NCBI GenBank assembly: GCA_016763075.1
Contig: JAESUM010000086.1
Span: 26-64,025 of the forward strand
Length of the DNA: 64,000 nt
Direction of reading: 5' to 3'
DNA from: Pseudomonadales bacterium
GTDB taxonomy: Bacteria > Pseudomonadota > Gammaproteobacteria > Pseudomonadales > JAHRWD01
Numbering within the stretch: the first letter of the stretch is position 1; every line of letters starts with the position of its first letter. The notes beneath the pieces are model-generated. The model did not search any database and was not told the DNA's origin. It worked only from the letters and a program-made list of their open reading frames with translations. Shown piece after piece: positions 10,863 through 20,709 of the stretch. Position numbers and translations under genes: made by a program.

Positions 10863-12128
10863 ATGTCCACGGTTCAACCAGTTAAAGCAGCACCGCTTCT
10901 TAATAGAGACCCCTACAGCATTCCGCTAGATCAGTTTGATCTCACCCAACCGGCACTGTATCAAACCGATACAGTCTGGCCTTTTCTTGATCGACTAAGA
11001 AAAGAAGATCCGGTGAACTACTGCTCTAACTCCCTGTTTGGCCCTTACTGGTCAGTGATGAGCTACAAACACATCATGGAAGTGGAAAACAACCCGGCCA
11101 TTTATTCGTCAGAGCCAACCATCTCGATTCCAGATATTCCTGATGATGTACCGATTGAAATGTTTATCTCAATGGATGAGCCGCGACACGGCGAACAACG
11201 TAAAGTCGTTCAACCTGTAGTTGCTCCCACCAATCTCGCAATAATGGAACCCATCATTCGTGAGCGAATTGGCGAAATTTTAGACGCACTACCACTGAAT
11301 GAAACCTTCGATTGGGTCGATAAAGTTTCGATTGAACTGACCACCCAAATGCTTGCAATCCTGTTCGATTTCCCATTCGAAGATCGCCGCAAGCTCACCT
11401 TCTGGTCAGATGCCGCATCTGCAATCCCCAAGCCCGGCGCCGTGGTTGAAACCCGCAAAGAGCAAATGGATGCCATGATGGACTGCCTCACTACTTTTAC
11501 TGACATCTGGAACGAACGTGCTGCGGCTAAAGAGCCCGGTAACGACCTGATTTCGATGCTGGTAAATGGCGAAGCAACACGCAACATGGCTCCAATGGAG
11601 TACTTAGGTAATTTGTTATTGCTGATTATTGGCGGTAACGATACCACTCGGAATTCACTTACCGGTGGTGTAGTCATGCTGAATGACAACCCCGCTGAAT
11701 ATCAAAAGTTGCGGGAAAATCCAGGCCTTATTCCTAAAATGATTCCTGAAATCATTCGTTACCAAACACCCATTATCAGCATGCGCCGAACCGCGACTCA
11801 AGATACCATTCTTGGTGGCAAACAGATCAAAGCCGGCGAAAAAATTATCATGTGGTACGTTTCAGGCAACCGCGACGAAGCAGCCATTAAACGGCCTTAT
11901 GACTTCATCATTGACCGTGACAAACCACGTCAGCACCTTTCATTTGGTTTTGGAATTCATCGCTGCATGGGCAACCGCCTAGCAGAGATGCAATTACGCG
12001 TAACCTGGGAAGAAATTATGAAGCGTTTCGAGAAAGTCGAAGTCGTCGGCGAACCGGTTCGTGGTTACTCATCACAGATTCGTACTTATACGGAATTACC
12101 TGTGCAGCTTCGGCCTCTGAAAAAGTAA
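10863..12128 (+). CDS. Cytochrome P450, CYP153-like (alkane/omega-hydroxylase family)
   Basis: MFISMDEPRH, LLIIGGNDTTRNS I-helix, EIIR (ExxR) and HLSFGFGIHRCMG heme ligand. Confidence 0.9.
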   Translation: MSTVQPVKAAPLLNRDPYSIPLDQFDLTQPALYQTDTVWPFLDRLRKEDPVNYCSNSLFGPYWSVMSYKHIMEVENNPAIYSSEPTISIPDIPDDVPIEMFISMDEPRHGEQRKVVQPVVAPTNLAIMEPIIRERIGEILDALPLNETFDWVDKVSIELTTQMLAILFDFPFEDRRKLTFWSDAASAIPKPGAVVETRKEQMDAMMDCLTTFTDIWNERAAAKEPGNDLISMLVNGEATRNMAPMEYLGNLLLLIIGGNDTTRNSLTGGVVMLNDNPAEYQKLRENPGLIPKMIPEIIRYQTPIISMRRTATQDTILGGKQIKAGEKIIMWYVSGNRDEAAIKRPYDFIIDRDKPRQHLSFGFGIHRCMGNRLAEMQLRVTWEEIMKRFEKVEVVGEPVRGYSSQIRTYTELPVQLRPLKK

Positions 12129-12156
12129 TGTAACAAACAAAAACCAATTGGTTTTT

Positions 12157-12207
12157 AAAAGCGCCCCGTTGAATCTACCTTTTGTGATTCAACGGGGCGC
12201 TTTTTTT
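12157..12207 (+). terminator. Rho-independent terminator of the P450 gene
   Basis: GCGCCCCGTTGAATC/GATTCAACGGGGCGC stem followed by T7 and preceded by A4. Confidence 0.9.
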
Positions 12208-12604
12208 ATACCTTTAATTTATTGGGCAACCATTAAAGAACAGCCTTATCTGCGCGAAGAAAAAAAACAGAGCGAAAAATAGAACAACGATTAGAGACAC
12301 AAGTAGAAGGACAAACAGAAGAACAAATAAAAACTAAACCAAGCGCTGCATGAATACATTCAAAATACACCTCTTTGCAACACCCCACCCTTCTCATGTT
12401 ATGGTCAGAACCACTCGCCAGTCATCACCTGTCCGGCGATAGTTCAAATAACTAGCTAAAAGCAGTACACAATTATCACAACAAAACTATTCAAAAGGAA
12501 AACAGGCCTGTAGTTCTTACGCTGTTTGCATGACCCAGCAAACATATGAAGGTAGTGCATTTTCTTATCGATCAAATCTAAATCAGATTAATCACGGAGG
12601 ATAC

Positions 12605-13711
12605 ATGGGAACCAAAGCGCGAGTAGTCGTATTAACCAAAGAAGCAGGCCCATTGCGGATAGAAGAACTCACCCTGCCCGACCCTGGGCCACATCAGGTG
12701 CTGATAAAACAGTTCGCCAGTGGCATCTGCCACAGCCAACTGCACCGAATACATGCGCCCGTATCTGAACGAACCAACCACGAAATTATGGGCCACGAGT
12801 CCACCGGCGTGGTATTACAAACCGGCAGCGAGGTTACTCATGTAACGGAAGGCGACTACGTTTTAGTCACCTGGATACCGCGAAACGCACCCCACGCCAG
12901 CCGAGCACCAGAGCCATTTTCAATGACCCACCCGGATGGATCACTACTGGCCACCCGCAACGTATTTACCTGGGCAGACAATACGATTGCCGATGAGCAA
13001 TATGTGGTTAAAGTGCCCAGAGAGATTCGCACCGATGTTACATCCATCATTGGTTGCGCCATCATGACCGGTGCAGGTGCAGTGCAGAACACCGCCAACG
13101 TCCAGCCGGGCGATAGCGTAGCGGTATTTGGCGTTGGCGGTGTTGGGTTATCCGCTATTGCAGGGGCCAAACAAAGCGGTGCCTACCCCATTATTGCGGT
13201 AGATCTATCTGACGATAAACTCGAATTTGCCAAAAAATTTGGTGCCACCCACGGCATCAACGCAGGTAAAGCAGACCCCATTGAAGAGATTCACAAACTC
13301 ACCGCAAAAACTGAAGGCTTTGGCATCGGCGGCGCGCCAATTAGCGGCGTTGATTTTGCCTTCGATTGTATCGGTGTGGGCAAAACTATGGAGCAAATAA
13401 TACCCGCCACCCGAATCGGTCGCTTTGGGGCCCACCCAGGTGGTACCGCCTGCTTTGTTGGAATACCAGCGGGCAATCTAGAAATTGATCCCAATCAGAT
13501 CCTGATGTTTGAACGTAGGTTAATCGGCAGTATCGGCGGTACCTGCTGCCCCGAACGGGATTTCCCCAAATACCTAAAATGGTATGAGGACGGTGATCTG
13601 GATCTCGATGCGTTGGTTACCGCTCGTTACCCCATCGAACACATTAACGAAGCCTGTGATGCCCTAAGTAATGGCGAGATCGCCGGTCGAGCTATTATGG
13701 TGTTTGATTAA
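12605..13711 (+). CDS. Zn-dependent alcohol dehydrogenase (MDR family)
   Basis: ICHS, GHE and IGCA catalytic Zn ligands; GVGGVG nucleotide-binding motif; GGAGG RBS before ATG 12605. Confidence 0.9.
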   Translation: MGTKARVVVLTKEAGPLRIEELTLPDPGPHQVLIKQFASGICHSQLHRIHAPVSERTNHEIMGHESTGVVLQTGSEVTHVTEGDYVLVTWIPRNAPHASRAPEPFSMTHPDGSLLATRNVFTWADNTIADEQYVVKVPREIRTDVTSIIGCAIMTGAGAVQNTANVQPGDSVAVFGVGGVGLSAIAGAKQSGAYPIIAVDLSDDKLEFAKKFGATHGINAGKADPIEEIHKLTAKTEGFGIGGAPISGVDFAFDCIGVGKTMEQIIPATRIGRFGAHPGGTACFVGIPAGNLEIDPNQILMFERRLIGSIGGTCCPERDFPKYLKWYEDGDLDLDALVTARYPIEHINEACDALSNGEIAGRAIMVFD

Positions 13712-13717
13712 GCGGTA

Positions 13718-13748
13718 GTAGATTCGGCTGAGCTCGCAAAGCCCAATC
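13718..13748. repeat. GTAG-type REP-like palindrome
   Basis: GTAGATTCGGCT-gagctcgcaa-AGCCCAATC: GTAG tetranucleotide followed by an imperfect hairpin, right after a stop codon. Confidence 0.5.
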
Positions 13749-13913
13749 GATCAAGTCGAGAAAATTTCGTAGATACCATCCCTCCAAACCACTGTGCAAT
13801 CGGATCGCAGATAAACTCAACAGCAGGCCGAGAAAACGGCATGGTTATAGGATCAAAGGGTGAGGATCAAAGGGGACGCTACCCTTTAATAGTTATACAT
13901 TTCCCATATAAAA

Positions 13914-14903
13914 CTAAAACAACTTCAAATTCGGTTCATTCAACGCAAAAAGCTGCTCTCTAAGCTCCAATATATGCTCTCCCCAATACCTCTCTGTATT
14001 GAACCAGGGGAAGGCTCGTGGAAAAGCTGGATCGTGCCACCGATTCGCTAACCAGGCGGTGTGATGCAAAATACGCAGGGTTCGTAAAGGTTCTATCAAA
14101 CCCAGTTCGCGTGGGTGAAAATCACCAAACTCGTTGTAGCCTTCGATCAGTTCCGATAGCTGGCCGGTTTGCTGAATACGATCCCCCGACATAAACATCC
14201 ACAAATCCTGTATGGCTGGTGCCATTCGCGCATCGTCGAAATCAACAAAATGAGGTGTGTCGTCACGCCACAATATATTGCCTACGTGGCAATCACCGTG
14301 GCAGCGGATGTGGGGTATTTCACCCACTGCGGCGATTTTTTCATCCAGCAGCTGCATTAGATCACGGGTCAAACTAACGTAGGATTCCTTTAGCGATGGG
14401 GGTATATGGTGCTCACTGATTAAAGCAACGGATTGATGCCCGTAACTTTGGCTATCCACTGTAGGGCGGTGTTGAAATGGCTCTACCGCGCCGACCAAAT
14501 GGATACGGCCCATTAGGCGGCCCAAGATCAGTAGGTGGTCTAGGTTATCGAGCTCTGGGGCGTGGCCACCACGGCGCACGAACAGCGCAAATTTGAAGGG
14601 TCCAAACTGGAATAACGATTCGCCGTTTTCATTTTTCATTGGGGCTACAACAGGAATCTCTTGCTCGACCAGCTGGTCACAAAAGCGGTGCTCTTCCATT
14701 ATTTGCTCATTTGTCCAGCGGTTGGGCCGGTAAAATTTGCAGATTAATGGCTCGGCGTCTTCAATGCCGACTTGGTAAACTCTGTTTTCGTAGCTGTTGA
14801 GCGGAAACAGCCGGCCATCACACAGGTAACCTAAGCTTTCTACTGCGTCGAGTAAAAACTCTGGTGTAAGGCTGTCAAAGGGGTGCGGCTGTTGCTGTAT
14901 CAT
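13914..14903 (-). CDS. srkA: Stress response Ser/Thr kinase SrkA (RdoA/YihE)
   Basis: LNSYENRVY, KFYRP, HGDCHVGN, DFDD and FPRAFPWF. Confidence 0.93.
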   Translation of the reverse strand: MIQQQPHPFDSLTPEFLLDAVESLGYLCDGRLFPLNSYENRVYQVGIEDAEPLICKFYRPNRWTNEQIMEEHRFCDQLVEQEIPVVAPMKNENGESLFQFGPFKFALFVRRGGHAPELDNLDHLLILGRLMGRIHLVGAVEPFQHRPTVDSQSYGHQSVALISEHHIPPSLKESYVSLTRDLMQLLDEKIAAVGEIPHIRCHGDCHVGNILWRDDTPHFVDFDDARMAPAIQDLWMFMSGDRIQQTGQLSELIEGYNEFGDFHPRELGLIEPLRTLRILHHTAWLANRWHDPAFPRAFPWFNTERYWGEHILELREQLFALNEPNLKLF

Positions 14904-14978
14904 GAAACTGGGGCTCGTATATGTCAGTGGTACAAAGACGCATCATAGCATTCAATACCTTACCTCTGGTTCACATAA

Positions 14979-16145
14979 GTGACTGACTACTCAATTCGGA
15001 AATCTAGTTTGAAAATACAGATACATCGGCAGATCAAAGAAATCCCGGCTCCACAGTGGAATATCCTTGTAAAAGGCAACAATCCGTTCTTGAAGCACGA
15101 ATTTTTGAACGCGCTAGAGCTTCACGAATGCGTTGGCCAAGAGTCCGGCTGGGTACCCTGCCATATTGCGATATTCGAAGACGATGTTCTCAAGGCCGCT
15201 ATGCCGATGTATCAAAAATACAATTCACAGGGCGAATTTGTGTTTGACCACGGTTGGGCCGAGGCCTACCACCGTAATGGCGTTCACTATTACCCAAAGC
15301 TGGTGTCCGCCGTACCGTATACCCCAACACTGGGGCAGCGTCTTTTATGTAAGCCCGAAGATGAAGAGCAGATGTTCCCTATTTTGCTGCAAGCTGCTAT
15401 TTCGGTTGCTAAAGAGGTTAATGCTGGCAGCATTCATTTGCTGTTTTCTACCGAGCCACAGCACTCTTTTTTAGAAGACACCGGCCTGCTTATTCGCCAC
15501 GACTGCCAATACCACTGGCACAATGACCACTACACCGATTTTGACGATTTTCTGTCTCGGCTTAGCTCACGCAAACGTAAAAACATTAAGCAAGAACGGC
15601 GTAAAGTAAACAATGCTGGCATTACATTCAGGCTTTTAGATGGCTACACCGCAACCGAGCAAGACTGGCAAGTGTTCAACGACTTTTACAGCAGAACCTT
15701 CCACGAAAAATGGAACACACCAAAATTTAATTTAGAATTTTTCGTTGATGTTGCAAAGCAATTACCCGATCAAACCTTTTTGGTTTTGGCCGACCACGAA
15801 GACCAATGCGTAGCCGGCGCATTAATGTACCGTAGCGATACACACTTGTATGGCAGGCATTGGGGCTGCTCACATAATTTTGATAGCCTACATTTTGAAG
15901 CCTGTTACTACCAAGGCATTGAATATTGTATACGTGAAAAACTCGCAATTTTTGAACCCGGCGCGCAGGGCCAACACAAAATTTCACGGGGGTTTATTCC
16001 AACCAGAACCTTATCCGCACATTGGATAGAAGACCCACGTTTTGAACAAGCCATTGACCAATTTTGTAAAGAAGAACGGCAAGCCATGAAGCACCACATT
16101 GCTGAGCTTGAAAAAACTGTACCCTACCGGAAAGATTTACCATGA
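14979..16145 (+). CDS. GNAT/FemAB-like protein (DUF482 family)
   Basis: GEFVFDHGWA, YYPKL, LYGRHWG, LHFEACYYQ and GAQGQHK motifs. Confidence 0.85.
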   Translation: MTDYSIRKSSLKIQIHRQIKEIPAPQWNILVKGNNPFLKHEFLNALELHECVGQESGWVPCHIAIFEDDVLKAAMPMYQKYNSQGEFVFDHGWAEAYHRNGVHYYPKLVSAVPYTPTLGQRLLCKPEDEEQMFPILLQAAISVAKEVNAGSIHLLFSTEPQHSFLEDTGLLIRHDCQYHWHNDHYTDFDDFLSRLSSRKRKNIKQERRKVNNAGITFRLLDGYTATEQDWQVFNDFYSRTFHEKWNTPKFNLEFFVDVAKQLPDQTFLVLADHEDQCVAGALMYRSDTHLYGRHWGCSHNFDSLHFEACYYQGIEYCIREKLAIFEPGAQGQHKISRGFIPTRTLSAHWIEDPRFEQAIDQFCKEERQAMKHHIAELEKTVPYRKDLP

Positions 16146-16765
16146 CTTCAACGCATTCGAACATGCCATTTTCACAAGCCTGTGAAAATAACAAAAAACC
16201 TATTTTGGCCGTTATTCAGCCATTATTCGAAAACACCAAACAGATATTAGAAGTAGGCAGCGGAACCGGCCAACACGGACTATATTTTGCACAGAACATG
16301 CCCCATTTAACCTGGCAATGCAGCGACCGCCCAATGAATTTACCCGGTATTAACATGCGTTTGGCTAGCACTGAGAAAAACGTAGAACAACCAAACAACA
16401 CCCCGACACCCATTGCATTAGATCTGTTTGAAGACCAGTGGCCCAAACTCAATATTGACGCCATTTTTAGCGCCAACGCGGTACATATCATGCCCTGGGC
16501 TGGAGTAGAAATTTTGTTTAAGGCCGCAGGTTATGCACTTGCTGCGCAGGGCCAATTGGTTTTATACGGCCCTTTTAATTACGAAGGGCAATACAGCAGC
16601 GCTAGCAATGCACGGTTCGACCAATGGCTAAAGAGCCAGCACCCCGAGTCGGCTATTCGTGATTTTGAAGCGATTAACCAACTAGCGTTGAATGCTGGCA
16701 TGAGCCTGCGTGGTGATTATGAAATGCCCGCAAACAACCGAGTTCTTCACTGGGTAAAAGACTGA
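16142..16765 (+). CDS. DUF938 family SAM-dependent methyltransferase
   Basis: ACENNK, LEVGSGTGQH, YGPF and MPANN; 4-nt overlap with the upstream gene. Confidence 0.88.
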   Translation: MTSTHSNMPFSQACENNKKPILAVIQPLFENTKQILEVGSGTGQHGLYFAQNMPHLTWQCSDRPMNLPGINMRLASTEKNVEQPNNTPTPIALDLFEDQWPKLNIDAIFSANAVHIMPWAGVEILFKAAGYALAAQGQLVLYGPFNYEGQYSSASNARFDQWLKSQHPESAIRDFEAINQLALNAGMSLRGDYEMPANNRVLHWVKD

Positions 16766-16833
16766 GTTTTCTGAGTATTGTTATTTCTAGGCTTCGCCGA
16801 ATAAAACCAAATTTAGCTGTTATTTTTAACCAT

Positions 16834-17600
16834 CTATTTTGCGTATTCGCGTGGTGTGCAACCCATTTATTGCGGAACATAGTAATAAAGGCTGAGCTTG
16901 ATGCGTAACCAAGCTCGGCGGCAATGGTAGTCACCGAGTCATCGCCGCCGGCTAAACGCTGCAGTGCAATTTGCAGCCGCAGTTGCTGACGCCATGGGTT
17001 AAACCTTAACCCCGTCTCTTTTAAAAAAAGCCGTTGAAGTGTACGGCTTGATGCACCTGCATAACTACCCCATTGCTCAAGGCTGCGGTTGCTGTGTGGC
17101 TTGCGTTGTAGCTCTGCACAGACTTTAAGCAAGCGTGAATCATTGGGTAACGGCAGGTGCAGTGGCGCAGCTTTTGCTACGATAATTTGGTCGCGTAGGG
17201 TTCTAAACATCCGGCCGGTTTGGCCTGCCCATTGGTAATTTACCGGCTGTGTTAGCGCCTCAATAATTAGCTCGTGCAGCAGGTTTGATACCTCTAACAC
17301 ATAGCAACTGGCATTAAGTTGCGTGGCTTCGTCAGCTGCAATATAAACGCTGGAGAGCTGTGCACCACAAGAGCTAGCAACCTCGTGGGGTATCTTGGGC
17401 GGCACCCACACAGCTCGGTTTGGCGAAACCAAGTAGCGCCCCGCCGGTGTGCTTACTCTAATACCCCCCTGTAGGCGTAAATCAGCTGACCCCAATCATG
17501 ACTGTGGGCCTTTACTCCGGTTCGCGCCGCCATGGTTCTGCTAAGCATACTAATGGGCCGTGAAAGCTTGCCGCCCGGGGGGTTGATAAGCGCAACTGCC
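16834..17600 (-). pseudogene. AraC-family (cupin plus HTH) regulator with two frameshifts
   Basis: One frame gives ...HSHDWGQLIYAYRGVLE*, the next frame continues VSTPAGRY...SAFITMFR, and a third gives MGCTPREYAK*; frameshifts near 17458 and 16868; 5' end approximate. Confidence 0.8.
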
Positions 17601-17929
17601 GTCCAGTTTTGTCGTATATCCTGCCTAGAGCAACAGTTTATTGAATATACGCCACGACTACGAATACTAACTGATGATCACTCGGTATCCTCGCGCACAT
17701 ACCTGCTGCTAATACAGTCTTTATGGTTAGTACGGGTTGCGGGGGACGAAGGTCGAAGGGTGATGCAGTTGATACAGAACGTGCAGAATGTACGAAAGGC
17801 GATTCAAGCAGGAGATTTTGGCAAGCGCGTGACAAAGAACAGCAAAAAACATTCAGCTGTTAAGTGTTCAGCTATCAATAGCCCAACTACCAATAGTTGA
17901 ATTACAAGCACTTTTTATAAAACCATCTT

Positions 17930-19552
17930 TTAAATCTTAAATTGTCCCACCAGCACTTTTAACTCGCGGGCTAGGTTCATTAGCTCTTCGCTGGTACCGG
18001 AGCATACCGTAGCATTAATATTGGTAGTGCCGGCGGTTGCGTTAATGTTGGTAACGGAGTCATGAATACTGTGGGTAATCTCTTTTTGCTCATCGGACAG
18101 CGCAGCCACAGATGAGTTTTTTGTGTGAATATCTTCAATAGCTGCAGCAATACTTTTAATGGTAAGGCTGCTTTTCTCGACCTGCTCTACACCCGAAATA
18201 GCGGTTTCGCGGCTCAGTTTCATTTCGCTCACCGATCTTAATACACCGCCTTGTAATGCTTCAATAACCCCTTGTATCTGAGTGGTTGCGTCTTGAGTTC
18301 TTGCGGCAAGCGCGCGTACTTCGTCGGCAACTACTGCAAAGCCTCTGCCGTTGTCACCGGCCCGGGCTGCCTCAATTGCCGCGTTTAGCGCTAACAGGTT
18401 GGTTTGGTTGGCGATCTCACGTATGAGGTCAATCGCCACACCGATGTTATCGCTTTGATTTTTAACTTCAGTGATAACGCCTGTACTGGTCTCTATTCGT
18501 TTGGCTAATTCATCAATTGCCAAAACGGTTTCACGGTTAGTTTCTTGCGCACTGTGGGATTGCAGCAATGCTTCGCCGGCGGTGTCAGTCGTCTGTTGAA
18601 TATTTTCAACAATGTGATCGATTAAAACTACAAACCGGGCAATAGCCACTGCTAAATCTGCAGTATCCATCTGCTGGCCTTGCGCTCCAGCGGAGGTGAT
18701 TTTAGTTAGCCCAGCTAGCCTTTTAGTACCATTAAGTATGTGATCAGAAGAAGACAATACCTGCTCAACGATATCGGCGACATTACTCACAAACTCGTTA
18801 AACGCGCGGATAACATCACCAATTTCATCGTTGCTTGAATCATCCAAAAGCTGCGTGAGGTCGCCGCCGCCGGCAGCCAGCTCGTTTAGCGATGCGGTCA
18901 CTTTACCCAAATCACGAGTGATCAGGTTGGAGATCAGAAAGATGGTCAGCAATAGCAACACGACCATCACCAATGCCGCATAAACTCCGGTAATGATGAC
19001 ATCTTGAGCGGAGTCTCCCGCTTCGGTAAGCGCGCTGCTGAACAGCGTATATCGACCTTTTCTGTATTCTATTAGCGCGACTGAATAAAACTCCAGGCGG
19101 CGATTCATCTCTTTAAACTTTTCGATGCCGCCGCCCTGAAGCGCGACCTCGCCATCCAATATACTTTGAATCACACCGTAAGCATGTTCGGAATAGTTTA
19201 CAAACAGTACATTAAGTTCTTCGATTTCGGCTAATGCCGTGTTGTCTAATTGCTGCATTTTCTGCTGGCTATCCAGGATGGACAATCCTGTTTCCCTAGC
19301 TTCTTCGAGTATATCTTCATCATCTAAAATGAGCGCATCAGAGAGCTGCACCTTTAATCGGTCTAGGCGCACAATATCTGCATCAGCATGTTCCAGCACA
19401 GGGAAATAGACCAACCTCACCGAGTTTAGTCGTTGCTGGTTAACCTCCACAACTTGCTGATTAAGCGCGAGAAACATCACAAAACCCAGCACGCCGACCA
19501 CCGCTATGATCGATAGCTTTTGCCGAATCTTCAAATTTCTAACGAAATTCAT
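17930..19552 (-). CDS. Methyl-accepting chemotaxis protein
   Basis: Two TM helices, HAMP (DEIG) and [17 protein letters not shown]...[12 protein letters not shown] signalling domain. Confidence 0.95.
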   Translation of the reverse strand: MNFVRNLKIRQKLSIIAVVGVLGFVMFLALNQQVVEVNQQRLNSVRLVYFPVLEHADADIVRLDRLKVQLSDALILDDEDILEEARETGLSILDSQQKMQQLDNTALAEIEELNVLFVNYSEHAYGVIQSILDGEVALQGGGIEKFKEMNRRLEFYSVALIEYRKGRYTLFSSALTEAGDSAQDVIITGVYAALVMVVLLLLTIFLISNLITRDLGKVTASLNELAAGGGDLTQLLDDSSNDEIGDVIRAFNEFVSNVADIVEQVLSSSDHILNGTKRLAGLTKITSAGAQGQQMDTADLAVAIARFVVLIDHIVENIQQTTDTAGEALLQSHSAQETNRETVLAIDELAKRIETSTGVITEVKNQSDNIGVAIDLIREIANQTNLLALNAAIEAARAGDNGRGFAVVADEVRALAARTQDATTQIQGVIEALQGGVLRSVSEMKLSRETAISGVEQVEKSSLTIKSIAAAIEDIHTKNSSVAALSDEQKEITHSIHDSVTNINATAGTTNINATVCSGTSEELMNLARELKVLVGQFKI

Positions 19553-20124
19553 CCTTTACCCATTTGGCCCATCTCCTGTATTGGGGAATCTACACCCACA
19601 TGGCTACTTCTTATAGTAGACGGGAAATGTAGCTTTGAAGGGAATCGCAACGCTGTATCAGAAATTCAGTGCGTTTTGCTGTGAAGTGTACGAGCATTCA
19701 CTGATTAACCATGTCATCGCTAATGTGAATAGCCATCTGGTCGAAGCCTTTCAACCCAAGCGTTCTGCGGTTACAAGTATCGAGAGAGCCCTCTTTATTG
19801 CGCAAACCCAGACCAATTAGCCTAACGCCAAATAAAATATCCTCCATTCGAACACACCTACCGTTCAAGGTTTGTCGAGTATCCATGATTACCTGTCGGT
19901 TTAGCGAATATTCCTGCGCTCATAGAGCGTTACTTTATTACTCCACCCGCTTTAATCCACCAACAACCAACATAGCAAACTATCAGATTTTCGGTAAACC
20001 CATGATGATAGTCTCAAATTTAATGCCGAGGCGTAAATGCAGTTTTTATTGTTGTCCGGTAGTTTTCATAACAACAGCCGAAGTTTGGCCGTTCTTTGAC
20101 AACCGCCTTACGGAGGTTCCCGCA

Positions 20125-20574
20125 CTTAACAAACTGCCTATTTATTGTGAAGACATTGATAAACACAAACCAAAAATTGTGCAAGATTTTTTGCTGCAAG
20201 TAGAATCGGCAAATGGAATTTTGTTTTGCACACCCGAATACAATCACAGTATTCCCGCCGTACTTAAAAATGCGATTGACTGGGCATCCAGGCCTGCTTT
20301 TAACTCACCGCTTAAATTCATGCCGGTTTCATTTATCACACAGGCTGTAAGCCCAGTAGGCGGAGCACGTGCACAGGCGCACCTAAAGTTGGTGCTTGAC
20401 TAGACCCTTTCTCATATTTACCCAAGCCATGAAATGATGATTAGTGGTATTGATAAAGCGCTGGATCAAGATATGAACTTATCTGATGGGGGGATAAAAA
20501 ATAGCCTTAAAAGACATGTGGAAGGGTTTGTAAACTACGCACAATTTATTGCGGAAGAAATTGGGAGGCCATAA
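20125..20574 (+). pseudogene. NADPH-dependent FMN reductase (ChrR-like), 5'-truncated with an internal TAG
   Basis: TPEYNHSIPAVLKNAIDWASRP and GGARAQ are present; the N-terminal GSxR loop is absent; TAG at 20401, then the frame stays open to TAA at 20574. Confidence 0.8.
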
Positions 20575-20709
20575 AAAAGGGCTACCAAGGTCTTAATCTA
20601 ACAACCTTAATCTCCCTTCACTTTTTTACTACGCTGTTTGCTGCATTGCTCATTGCATTAATTACTGCACTAATTAGTACGTTGCTTAAAGGCCAATTTA
20701 CAGCGTTAT

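Noticed and set aside
17532-17900. 122-aa + strand ORF as the divergent target of the AraC regulator
   Set aside because: Overlaps the regulator's 5' end, has no recognisable motifs and no clear RBS
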